Of a stretch of DNA of 64,000 nt, positions 49,288-61,882 are shown one piece after another. Made by a program: the position numbers and the translations under genes. The notes below the pieces were generated by a model, which did no database searches, was not told the DNA's origin, and saw only the letters and a list, made by a program, of their open reading frames with translations. Every line of letters starts with the position of its first letter. Positions within the stretch are counted from its first letter, which is position 1. Source of the stretch: Haliotis rufescens (lineage: Eukaryota); NCBI RefSeq assembly GCF_023055435.1, contig NW_025963846.1, forward strand, positions 17,422,001 through 17,486,000, in the 5' to 3' direction.

Positions 49288-50945
49288 CAAACGGGGGTTT
49301 AATAACAACACAGAGATCGACTGATGTTAATGTGGATTGTACCTCAAGGGGTGTGGCGATCTCAATGCTATCATCCTACATGAACAAAATGAGTTTAGTC
49401 TTTTAGTAAACATGTTAAACAATGTAAGTCAACATTCATAGATGCATGTATGTTATGTAATTACTGGGAAAGAAACATCATTAATATGGTTTGCACGCCA
49501 TTTCAGTCTGTGCCAAAAACTTTTGAGTCTACTAGCCTAAATAATGCTCTTAGTATCCAGGTATCATTATCAGCTGAATATTCTTAAGGATTTGTATAAC
49601 ACACTTTCCAATTAATCACTCTTAGAACATGATGGATCTTATTATGACTCCAGTCACTGGATCAATGTGCACTCAATTTTCATTCTCAGCTCTCTTGGGA
49701 GTATACAACCCAAGCAGCCTGTGATGCGGTAACCAGTCACATTACCATCTTTTCCTACCAGGTACCCATCCAGGTACCAACAGATGCATATTTTGAACAG
49801 AGTCACTTGCCTGTGGAGACACTTCATGTGCTTACAGCTACATGTGCTTCAGTGTTGGGCAGGACTAAGCCCTAGAAACTCTAAGGAGTCAAGCTGCAGA
49901 ACAGCGAAACCGACGCTGCTTAACTTCACCTTACTGTGAGATGTGTGCTGTACACAGGACCACGTGCAACCATATGGACTATTATTACCTGGGTTTACTA
50001 GACCAAACAGAATTTTACTAGACTCAGGCTTCAGACTAGTGGCTAAAGTCACAGACTGGTTTCATTGAACATATCAGATTAAAACAATCAAAATAAGTTG
50101 ACAGCATGCCTGTACTGTATCAAAACATTATGATTACATATTCTACAAAAGTATCTACAAGCTAAAGGAAAACATGGCTATTTGGGAGATTCATCGGTAT
50201 ACATCACATCCTTAAACTCATTAAACATGAGAATAATCGGTTCACCACTCGAAACCACTCAATAAACATGATCACCATCTGAAGCATTTTCAAATAAGAT
50301 GTCAAAGTTATAATTGTTATTATTTCAATAAATGAAAAAAGCTATGTATCTCACCTGGCTAATTGATATCTACTCAACTCACTACATTAACACTTTGACT
50401 CGAATATTGGAATGTTTTGGTAAAGCTTCGAACAAATTCAAATACTATTCATAGAAATTGCAGCCATTTGAAATTCTAACTATCAGGTAACAGTTGCTCT
50501 CAATTTAGATGTACCAATATTCACATCTACTAGGGATGAGTGTGTCAGAGGTTTACAATAAGTACAATATTTTGCAATGCACAAGGTCGTATTGTGACAC
50601 ATATCACAATATATTGTATAATTTTAAATATTGAATTAGCGCACTCCAGATAAACTGCAATATTTGGTGCAACAATTTTGCCATTCATTTGTTTTAGACC
50701 GTAGTGCTTCCACACTTCGGCTTTGCCTTTCACATTTTAATCAACTGACCACACCACCATCTTGGTGCCCCGGATGTTGATGACGTATGTGTTCGAATGC
50801 GCATGCACATAAGGGAGGTAACTGAGAATTAACCTCTATCTTTGGGAAGTTGCGTTTTTGAATCAAGTGCATAACATAAACACATGAAAAATATTGCTAT
50901 CACCCAACAGCGTTAGAAATTGGCACTAGTCCTGTAGTCCTTGCC

Positions 50946-50949
<4 letters not shown>

Positions 50950-50992
<43 letters not shown>
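50950..50992. repeat. (GT)n microsatellite
   Basis: About 21 GT units followed by (AT)n. Confidence 0.95.
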
Positions 50993-50994
<2 letters not shown>

Positions 50995-51292
50995 ATATAT
51001 ATATATACTACTAAAAAAAAGAAAACATAGACCCTATTTTCTCATCTGATTTGTCCTTGCTTAATGTTAACATGAATCATTTCTCATTTCCGAGTTTGAA
51101 TCCATTGCCACGTTTACCAATCGCCAAAAGGCAACCACGTCTGTTTTATCAATAAGGGCATGAGGGACAATCGGTAAAGAATTTCATTCGTATTTTTTTG
51201 CAAGTGCACCATGTTCACCATTACCAATATTAAAGCTATGGGGTCTGCCTGCTTTAGTGACAGTTTAAAGATGTGAATTCTGATGTGAATTT

Positions 51293-52273
51293 ATGGCTTG
51301 ACATACGGAGACGCAGCAAAATAATGCAATTGGGCATTTAACAATCATGGCGTGTCACAATTGGCGGCTGTTTGGCACTTAAATGTGTCCCAGAGCACAA
51401 CAGTGATTTCTACAACATGGAGCAACACATGATCGGCCTTGTTCTGGAAGACCACATGTCACCACACCCGCACAGGACAGATATTTACGGAACAGGTTTG
51501 TTACAGCAACTTCTACCACACCTGCAGTACCTTGACTCCAGAGAATCTCTGATAAAACCATCAGGAACCACCTGCGTGATGCTGGTATATGTTCAAGGAG
51601 ACCAGCGCCAGGACCCATCCTTACAGAACGTCATCACCAATTAAGCAGACAGTGGTGTTTAAACCAACTCAACTGGCCATTACAGAGAAGGAGAACTGTC
51701 GTTTTCAGTGATGAATCACAGTTTCTGCTCAGACGTCCTGACGGAAGATCATGTGTTTACAGACACTGCCATGAATGGTATACTCCAAACAGCGAGCATG
51801 AAGTGGACAGATTTGGTAGTGGGAGTGTTATGGTATGGGCGGGCTTCTCGTACAGCAGGAGAACAGATCTCATCCAGGTTCAAGGCAATCTCGCAGCATG
51901 ACATTACTGTGATGAAATCATCATACCTCACGTCACTCCATTCATGAACTGTCAAAACGTCATTTACCAACATAACAATGCTAGACCCCTTACCACAAGA
52001 TTAACCACAGGTTTCCTGGCACAGAACAACATCCAGGTTCTTCTTTGGCCATCAAGATCACCAGATCTCAACCCGATTGAACACTAATGGGATAAACTGG
52101 ATCAATGTGTGCAACGACGCCATCCCCAGATGCAGACCTTACCAGCTTTATTTTTGGCTTTGTTTGATGAATATCAGAACATTCCAAGACCTGTTATCCG
52201 GAATCTGATTCAGTCTATGGGAAGACGATGCCAGACAATCATTAATGCTAATGCTGGTCATAACCGTTACTGA
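51293..52273 (+). pseudogene. Degenerate Tc1-family (DD34E) transposase within a PKA-RII intron
   Basis: Motifs GRPHVTT, TIRNHLR, VVFSDES, GSVMVWAG, QHNNARP, WPSRSPDLNPIEH*W, GHNRY*; internal stops and frameshifts. Confidence 0.9.
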
Positions 52274-53358
52274 CATTCTTTGGCCTTGACCTTTCTTCTG
52301 TCTTCATGTGTCATTTGTTGTACACCGCCTCTTCCCTTTATGATCTCAACATGTGTAACAGTTGTCACACAAATGTAGTGGCAGTCTCAATTTTTACAAG
52401 AGAGGCCTGGATTTGTGTTCCCAAGGTTTCTTGAACAAATTATCACTGAACTACATTTGTTTATCTTCCCATCAACAGTGTCTTTTGAGAAGTTCAATAT
52501 TTAGGCCTTTTAAAAAGTAAAGTTATTTAGAAAATCAAAAATGGCTTCCTTGAACTTGAACAATATGAAACCTTAAAACATGTTAGATCGTAATATGTTT
52601 TGGGGCCAGGTGAGCTAACAAGCTATTTCAAATCATCCTGTACATTTTAACATATTTTTCAATCATTGATCATGGGCACTTATTATCTATGATGTTTCGA
52701 GTTTGTCATTGTCTTATTGAGTGTCAATCACATGAGCATCACTAATTTGTCATGCAACTAATCATCTGAACCACACACACAAGATGCAAATTTTCTGAAA
52801 TTCATTATGTCATTTCAAACGATCATTAAGAAGACAAACTAAACTGAGAGCCAACAATATTGTTTTGAATGTTTCTACCAAATGCCTCACCATATTACAA
52901 AAAAGTCCAGTTTGAACATTTGCATCATATGGATCTTTGTAAACCCATAGACACGGATACCCAAGTGAGTACACAACATCCTAGTTTTCTATTCCAACTA
53001 CAACATGTCTACAGTGGGGAGTATATAACTAGTCTAGTTGGTACAATGTATGCATGATGTACTGGTTGGAACAGTGGTGGCAAAACAATACAAAGAAAAG
53101 TTGACAGGATTAGTGAACTTTTCAACACCACTAGAAATAACCACAATAATAACTACAAATTTCTGTAACTATCAGAAAAAAACTAAAAGAATTGTGTGCA
53201 AATGCGCAGCAAAACCAAAGTCTGTTTTCTAAAACATCTGATAAATGAAGGAACTGAAGCTGGTATGAACTATTTCGGAGTGAGATCTGGCTACGGAATC
53301 TGCTGAATAGGACAAAGCTAATGAAAAGGAGAGGTGGTGAAAGGGACAGGAAGTTCAC

Positions 53359-53424
53359 CTTGTTCAGTGCTGCTATTCGGACTTCCCCCTCCTCGATGAA
53401 GTACATGCAGTCTGCATCATCTCC
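53359..53424 (-). CDS. PRKAR2: PKA-RII exon (domain B)
   Basis: GDDADCMYFIEEGEVRIAALNK; 66 nt, phase 0-0. Confidence 0.95.
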
Positions 53425-55165
53425 CTGAAACAAAAACGAGTTTGGTTTGATAACAGTAATCAAACTTAAAAAGTTAAAATATTCAAGATTCAGGGGATCT
53501 ATTGACCAATTTTCATTTGATAGTTTTGATTTGATGGTGCTCACAACATTGCATAATAATGCACCAGTAAAACAAGAAAAACAGGTGCTAAAGTTATGGA
53601 AAAGGTTCAAGTTCCTGAAAAATTACCATATCTCACTCCCATTTCCACATGAAGTAATAACTGTTTTTTGTCTGAACATAAGAAAAATTTCTCTAATACT
53701 AATATCACAGTGAAGTAATACTGGCAGTATTTGACAGATGTATCGTGATATTTGAATGCATGAATAAAATCAGTATTGATTCCTCTTATTGAATACTAAA
53801 TCATTCACTGTAAATATGCTGATCAACCATAGGAAATCATTTTTTACACAACAAATGGAAAATAATTTCATTCCTGCCCAACAGATCAACTAACAAATTA
53901 TCTCCTAAATGCCATCTCAACCAAACTGAATATTTAGAAGTTAGAGCTCAGGCAATACTCAAAAAACACTCAATATCATACAAATTCATAAGTTATATTA
54001 ACACCGCATCAAGCAAACTAAGTCAGCAAGCACACAGCTCCCTGCTAACGTCCTCACTATTCACACCACCAAAATGTCACGTTATGACTGCTTTGATCAA
54101 TAAATCTGCAATCGAACAACAGCACAGCCTCATAAGAAGTGGCAAGTATTTGAAAGCAGGGTTTAGACAGCAGAGACATTGCCTCACATCCAATGGCTGC
54201 ATGTGACATGACGCAGGTCGGGAAATCAATCTGTATGTTCTTACTGGGCCCCTACTCTCTAATCAAGATGAAGGAGCCCACACAACACACAGAGTTGTCA
54301 ACTTGATCAATATGCAATGTAATGTTGTGCAATGCAACAGCTTCCCAAATACTGTGGCATTGACAGAATAGGGACATTTTTAGATATTCAAATTATATCT
54401 TTTTCTTATTCACTTTGAATATGAATTAACTCTGCATAAAAACATGACATCTGGAAGAAAACTCATTACTGTGGATGTTACAATTTAGAAACTTCACTTT
54501 CAATTGTAGATAATGACTTTGATTTTTATTGCAACTGCTGATGATTAATGAAATAGAAATGAACATTCACACATGTAAGTAATGATCTAAGTGTTAATCT
54601 ATGCATAGATTTATCATGATAAAATTTCACTGGTATTTCAGGGCAATGTAGACATTTCTACAAGCAAACCAGGAGCAATGATCATATACAGTAAGTAACC
54701 ATAGTAACCATAAAGTAGTAATTCTTGAACATGTTGAATGATTAACGGTCAGTCTGTCAAAGTGCCAGGAATTCTCCATGTCCTAAGCTCTCTGAAGGCA
54801 TTAAATGGATAAGTCGGAGGTAGTCTGCAATTACAAAATAATCTGTATCCTTGACAACCAGAAGAATGTCAATGTTATATATACATCTCACTACTGCAAC
54901 TTTTCCGTAGATGTATTGCAAAACCTGGCCCTAAGCAAATTGACATCAGGATATGATGAAATGTTGAACCGTCATATGACACACTGAGTAACAGCATCAA
55001 ATGAGACATAACTGTATGGAATACTTGTAGTTCTTAAGCACTCTGTGAAAACAAAATCATATCTAGAAGTGAATAATGATATATTCAGTCATGATACCAG
55101 TACATTCTTACAGCACCAGGTTGTACCCCATTGTCTGTAGCAAGCTCAATAATTTGAACACCTAC

Positions 55166-55240
55166 CTGTTTGATGATTAGGCTTCCGTTTTCGAAGGTTT
55201 TGGAATGAAGAGCATCAGCAACATTCATCCTCTCGTAGGA
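55166..55240 (-). CDS. PRKAR2: PKA-RII exon
   Basis: SYERMNVADALHSKTFENGSLIIKQ; 75 nt, phase 0-0. Confidence 0.95.
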
Positions 55241-56003
55241 CTGCAAATAAATATATTTTCTGACTTATTTATCAAGAAGTATTCCTGTTGCCTCTGACCG
55301 GGAATACAAGGTGATAAATCAACCCCTTTATTCGGCAATGATCCCACAAGAACATGATAAAAGAAATACATTTGTAAAATGAATACTTTTCAGTATCTGA
55401 CATAACCACTGGTCCATTAATCCCAATCTAGTAAATCTTCTAAAGAATCAGTGGAATGAATGATTATTTCTCCAAATGAAAATCTTGTGCAAACTGACAA
55501 TCAGCAACCTATACAACTCTGGTACATTATATATCTAATTTTCTTTACATTAATTATCATTGAAATCTACTGATCCTTTCACAGAATGTAAATATTGTTT
55601 TCATTTATTGGTTGAAACCAGTAGATATTTATTTCTGTTGGTCATAAGGACTACTAACAAACTCCAATAAGTGTCAAACAGTGTGTTTCCTAGTTGAGCA
55701 GTTGGAACAGCTGTAATCAAACATAAATTGTGATTGCAGACCAGTTATAATTTCTGTTAGCTCTCATTTACTTCCCTGTGTACTTTGATATATATGCTTT
55801 GATTGCTTTCAGACTGGTTGTGCAAATATGAGACAAAAGGCTACTGATAATGTTCAATCTGGCATCAAAAAGTAATTTGACTCGCGACAAAATATCACAC
55901 TGAAAAAAAAACACTTTCATAATATGAAACCTGTCTACGTCCAACCAAAGTAGCATGTTAACTTCTGAAGTACATGTATATGTTACAGTCAATGTAAAAA
56001 TTC

Positions 56004-56345
56004 AGTCAATGTGTAAAATGATTGAAATTTTCACTTAGGCAATTTACAAAATGCCTACATATTTCAGTAATTTTACAATTATTTTTCCATTTATGTTATT
56101 ATGATAAAAAATTCCAAACATTTTGATATTGATCACCTAGTGATAGAATTAGAGGAAAACGAAAGTCAATGTTTATTTTGTTTATTCTGTGGCTTCATAT
56201 ACTAGCACAAGTAGTCTATTGTGATGAAATTCAGAATCAGAATCATAATAACATAAATCTAAGAATAATTGTAAAATTACTGAAATATGTAGGCGTTTTA
56301 TAAATTGCCTATGTGAAACGTTCAGTCCTTTTACACACTGACTGT
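56004..56345. mobile_element. Foldback/MITE-like element with about 80-bp inverted repeats
   Basis: TAGGCAATTTACAAAATGCCTACATATTTCAGTAATTTTACAATTATT and its reverse complement at about 56264-56312. Confidence 0.7.
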
Positions 56346-57053
56346 AACATAATGAACTGTACTGTGTCCATGTAAACAGTCAATGTGTAAAATGACTGAA
56401 TGTTTTGTCAAGAAGACTATGTATGGTATGCATATAAAGTCTTCTTGACAAAACATTTTAGGATTGAACATTACAATAAACAGCACGATTAGAAAGTGAA
56501 AGGTTGAAAATGGAGCATGGGTACAAATTGAATTTGTTCAATAAACATGATAAACTTATCCAGCTGATGAAATTTTCTCTAATATCAATGTCTGCTCATG
56601 TAGATATCCTGGTGAGAATTCAAAGTCTGTCATAAAGAACTTCTACTTTAATGTTCACCAAATACGTAGGAACAACAGAGCAAGTTATTTATCAACTCAA
56701 AAAAACATGTACCATAACACAGGATATACCATGAGTGGGTGGGTGAGTTGGACGCAATGCCTCTTTGAACAGAACTTCAGATCATAGCTATGCATGGGTA
56801 TTGTGCCAACAAACAAATCATAGTATCATAATCAAGTCAATTTTTGATTGGAACAAATAAATCCTGGCATGACTAAGGGACACAATTTAAACCACTGAGC
56901 CATTGGTGCACCAGAAAAACAATGACTTTGTGTTCTCATTGAAGGTAAAATTTCATGAATTCTTTGGGTTCACTAGCCTCATAATTCTACGAATACCAAA
57001 ATATTATTTTGAGTCCAATTGTATTGATGAGGAGGATAAAAGGTCCCACCTAC

Positions 57054-57155
57054 CTCTAGTGATTTGAGCAGTGGTACAGTCTCTAAAAGAGATTCATACA
57101 TTTTCCTCTTGTTGTATGCATTTTTCAATACTATCCTTCGGAACGTTACCCGATC
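57054..57155 (-). CDS. PRKAR2: PKA-RII exon (A-B junction)
   Basis: [34 protein letters not shown]; 102 nt, phase 0-0. Confidence 0.96.
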
Positions 57156-57341
57156 CTGTAATAGAGGGTAAATATTTCATCAGAAAAACAGTTCAGTATA
57201 CAATACAGGTATAACAATGTTATCAAGCACACCAGGACCTGTTACTACAGGGGCACTTCACTACAAAATGCACAAATTACATCCCTGATTCTAGTAACAT
57301 AATAAATACATACACAAATATCACATAATGGTGCATCAATA

Positions 57342-57924
57342 CAGTCAAGTCTCATTAATCCGACACTCACTAATCTGACAATCGGCTTTATCCGACACTA
57401 ATGATGAGAACCGATGAAATCAGTGCTATTTAGACCCATAAATCTGACAGTCTTGCACTCCGACACACCTAATTTGCAACGAATGATACAAGTTCTCGCT
57501 ACCGCTGAGGATATCCTATTACAGGTCAAGCAGAACGACCTTTCACGATCTTTGACCGACCAATGAAATGACTGACAGGAAGTCGACATTAGCCACTACG
57601 AGAGCAGCTTTCTTAAGCACAAGTCAAGTTTCAAACTGCTGACTTCCAGACTTCAGTCATACAGTCCATAACAGTAGTTTTGTGTAAAGCTTTAGACGTT
57701 GCATGATTAGAAAACACATTCCGCTAACAATGTAACATGACAATATGAATATTTCTTTTTCCTTTTTTTTTTTCATTACAACGTGTTTGAATCGTTATCT
57801 ATCATGTAGTTGTCCAATTTTCGATCACAAACGTTGATACTACTTAATTTTGTTTATCCGACATACTCGTTCATCTGACATAATCATATGCAACAATCCA
57901 TGTCGGATAAACGGGACTTGACTG
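57342..57924. mobile_element. pogo/Tigger-like MITE with TA TSD
   Basis: TA|CAGTCAAGTCTCATTAATCCGACA...TGTCGGATAAACGGGACTTGACTG|TA, with subterminal TCCGACA/TCTGACA repeats. Confidence 0.85.
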
Positions 57925-57995
57925 TACATGACAACTCATGTAAATATTTAGAACACTAACAACATACGTGTACCCTGAAGTACCACTACTTTCCA

Positions 57996-58260
57996 CCCGT
58001 GAAGATCCAGGTTAGAACTGGTCTTCAGTAACCCATGCTTGCCGTAAAAGGAGACTATACTTGTTGCAAGAGGCGACTAACAGGAACGGGTGGTCAGGCT
58101 CACTGACTTGGTTGATGCATATCATTGAATCCCAACTGCGTAGATTGATTCTCATTATGTCAATCACTGGATTGTCTGGTCCATACTTGATTATTTACAG
58201 ACCACCGCCATACAGTTCGAATACTGCTGAGTGTGGCGTTACAAAAACAAACAAACAACC
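57996..58260 (+). mobile_element. SINE-like family B, near full length
   Basis: CCCGTGAAGATCCAGGTTAGAACTGGTCTTCAGTAACCCATGCTTG..AGAGGCGACTAA..(AAAC)n. Confidence 0.88.
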
Positions 58261-58425
58261 ACTTGTTTCATACTGAATCAAAGCATAACATATTTTCATA
58301 TATTTTTATCATGGAGATGTCATATGACCTTTCCTATCTCAATCTAAGTAATGATTAATAATTTATTAATGACATTTTAGGAAAGAACAAGCCTGCTACA
58401 GAAGTGTATATCATATAGATCTTAC

Positions 58426-58579
58426 CATTGCCCATAGTGTTCCTGGTGTTGTGGCAATGATTGTGGCTGCCCGTGGCATGTTGTACATGAGTGCAAGCTC
58501 TCCAAAGCTTCCCTTATTATCGTAAGCTCCTACTTTTTTTGGTTTACCATCTATTTCTACATAAATATCATACAATCCA
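58426..58579 (-). CDS. PRKAR2: PKA-RII exon, cAMP-binding domain A phosphate-binding cassette
   Basis: [51 protein letters not shown]; [19 protein letters not shown] is RII-type. Confidence 0.97.
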
Positions 58580-60402
58580 CTGCAAAAAAAGAAAAAAAGA
58601 TCATTATTGCACAACATACTAGTGGTATAATCATGTTGATTATTGATGCAACAATCTATGGTATCACAATTATCCATGGCCCCATGACATTGAATATATT
58701 AATAGAAAGTTAAACATCCAACAAATAACATTGATGACACACTAAACTATTTTGAGAATTGAAAGACATAATACAGGGATTTATCTAGGCTCTAAAACTA
58801 ACCATTTTTAAATCAAATTTGGAATTTGTAAGGTTTATCATCAGTTTCATATAGTCGTTCATTTAGATTTTCTTACAATGCATCCAATGTAGTATGGTCA
58901 AACCAGATCACATACACAAAGCTATAAAATATTAAGTTATCATTAATGATAACCTGAACTGAGATATCTTTCATGGAAATTTTTAGCAACATTTGATGCA
59001 GACATGGGACTGAAGGCTCTTTGAATGCCTAAATAAGTCCCTGTGTAACACATATTCAAATAATACGATACAAATAGCATCATCATTAACGTTTCCTGTT
59101 TTATTCAAACTACACCTTAATTGAAGAGATATGTGACATATGTGTGAATATTCATTCAGAAAAGCAGCGTTAAACCCAACTCAGACACTCATTCACTCAG
59201 AACATGCTTATAGCATGTATAGTTATATCAGAAGTACCTCCCTAACATCTGATGAGGCTGGGACAAAGAGGCGTATTAGGTGTTATCACCATATTGAATA
59301 ATACAGGGGTCTACATTATGAAAGGTAAAGGCAGAGTTTCAGATCAATTCATTTTGTAGGACATCATCACAATGTTATAGAGATATTTTTCAAATTTGGT
59401 AATTAAACAAGAATGTCCCATCAAGAGTAGATAAAATCTGAAAGTGTCCCATTGCCATTTCAAATGATGGAAAGGTACTCTCTATACTATTGAAATAGTT
59501 ATACCACCCACTATCGCACTAATATCACAAAGCTGCCCCCACACCGTCACCCCTACAAGACTTACACTGCCTGAAGTGACCCTACATCTCGACAATGTAA
59601 AAAACCTTTTCAGTTACTAAAGAAAACATTTTTCAACTTTTCGACTCAAAGTCTTATAAATTGTGAAGTGCCAAATGTCTCTTACAATAAAGTACTCTAA
59701 AGGCAAATAACACTATGGTATAGGGACTTAAAAGAGACATTACTACCATAATATATGACCCATGTGGCAACATAAACTATCATTATCATGATAATAAAAT
59801 ATGTATTATGTGTATTGCAAAACAAACATCCATTCATCAATCAAAAAGCCAACATGGTGTCAGCCATTGCATGAATCTGTGCAATGCCATTCTTCCTTTA
59901 ACACAGACAGGCTCCATTTCTCAGCTTTTGAATATATTTCACTGCAAGAACAGTCTGTAATTTGGGCAAACTTCATTTCTTTACAAAGGTAATAACCATG
60001 ATAACTTGCCACAATAAAATAAATGAATAAGCTGTCAGATGTAAGAATCAGATGTTTGCCTACAATAAGATTATGCTATGACTCAGAAATCTCCGGCTGC
60101 GAAAAAAAAAAAATCACTGATAACATGAGCCTCTGGTTGTCTGTTGAATAATAACAGGCTACAGTACAATGAAATGTTCTATGCAAAGGGCCCAATCATG
60201 CTCGGCTGACTCCACTGTGATGGGAAAATATGTAGATTGAAGGACACTTACATACCTAAACTGTTCAGTCAGACAGTCAGAACTATGACCATGATGACAC
60301 ATATTAATAATATGAACAAAGTCACAAAACAACGCCCAACAGAATAAATCCTACTGGGCAATACACATGTTATTCACATCTTTGCTCTGTTGTTGGTATT
60401 AC

Positions 60403-60467
60403 CTGTCTATAACATAAAAATTGTCACCGTCATCATGCTGATCTATTACATGTTCGTCCGGGACCAC
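60403..60467 (-). CDS. PRKAR2: PKA-RII exon (domain A)
   Basis: VVPDEHVIDQHDDGDNFYVID(S); 65 nt, phase 0-2. Confidence 0.94.
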
Positions 60468-61840
60468 CTGTAACATAAGAAAGAACAGTCACTTACAGAC
60501 ACATTATCACCAGAGACAGGGTCTGCACTATCCAGAGTCTGTCTACTGCTAAAAAGATCTCCTGAGAGCAAGTAAAATATCAGGCTTTTACTTTTAGCAG
60601 TGTTAAACATGTAAAAGGAGTTTCAGTTTGTGTGGTTATATGATAGTAAATGATTCAGGTTAATTTCTACCACTGCTGTCAACACAGCCAGCTGTGAATT
60701 AAGTTATTTTATTCCTGTAACAATTATCATCATGATCATAAGAAACTTTTACTTTAATCATGATAATGAACTAATGTTATTTTACTTTACTGAATATCCC
60801 TGTAATATCAAGTTGTTCAAACTACACATAGCATCAATCAGGCATTGATACTCAGAATTTATCATTGCAAACTTTTGATACATACTTTTATTAGTATGGT
60901 ACTTTTCTTCAACTTGTTCAAAATACACATCTCATAATTCAGTGTTCCGATTTATCGGTCATTACCAGTTCTTGACCGGCAAAAATAGGCTTGGACCTGT
61001 AGTCATGTTGCTGCCAGTCCCTGTGGACCGGCAAATAAAGTACCTTATAAATCATTGATGTTGACAAAACATCGGCGATAATCGATAATCAGTAAAGTAT
61101 ATTTTTTTAATGAAGTCAGCTTGTCTGTTATCATTAGGGTTTCCCATTGTCTATTTTTTGTCCAAGGAAATAACATTTTGCTGTGCTTTGAGGTTAAGGA
61201 TATATTTGTAGTGACTTTGTCTAGAACTAAACTTTAGTGAATGTGAAATATTTAAAAAAGAGAGAAAACTGTGATTGAACTTTGTGTGAATGACATGTCA
61301 TCTAATTTACTTCAGAGATGACGTCATTGAATTTGACCGCAATGAACTTTCACTGCACTGAACATGATGTTGAAAGAATTAAAAGCAAGCAATTTTCATA
61401 CTGTTTATTTGCTTGCTCAAAGTTGGGACTGACAATAATTGGGGGAGGGGGGGGGGGGGGGGTAATAGTATATTTTAGATTTGTTAGTCCACTGGAACTG
61501 GCAGTTTAAAAACCCAGCAGGAACACTTATAATACAATTATAATAAAAAATATTGTAATTACTAAGCTATTGTCATTTGCTGGCCTATATTCAGACTGTG
61601 CAGCCAACAAACTGAAGGCGAGAGTAAAGCTGTGTGAAATCGTGTTTGATTTTGTATTGGGGAACTTGCTATCGTGGGGACTTAAAGCAGGTTAAAATCC
61701 CAGCCCTGGATGTTCATCAAATTACAGACCATTATGTCAGAAAAACTGTCTGTCACTTCCTCGGCAAATAACACTAGCAATCAGATCAATGTTCACCTCT
61801 GTGCATGCGTCAAAGTAGGAAACAGACTCGACTCGCTCAC

Positions 61841-61882
61841 CTTTTTTTCAAACATGGCATCTAATACTTCTTGCATTTGCTC
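61841..61882 (-). CDS. PRKAR2: PKA-RII exon (start of domain A; most 5' exon found in the window)
   Basis: EQMQEVLDAMFEKK; tttttcag/gtgagc sites, 42 nt, phase 0-0. Confidence 0.93.

Noticed and set aside
50530-50760. zf-BED/hAT transposase fragment (KAEVWKHYG..AVYLEC)
   Set aside because: Suggestive of a BED finger start but too short and degenerate, with no clear TIR/TSD pair
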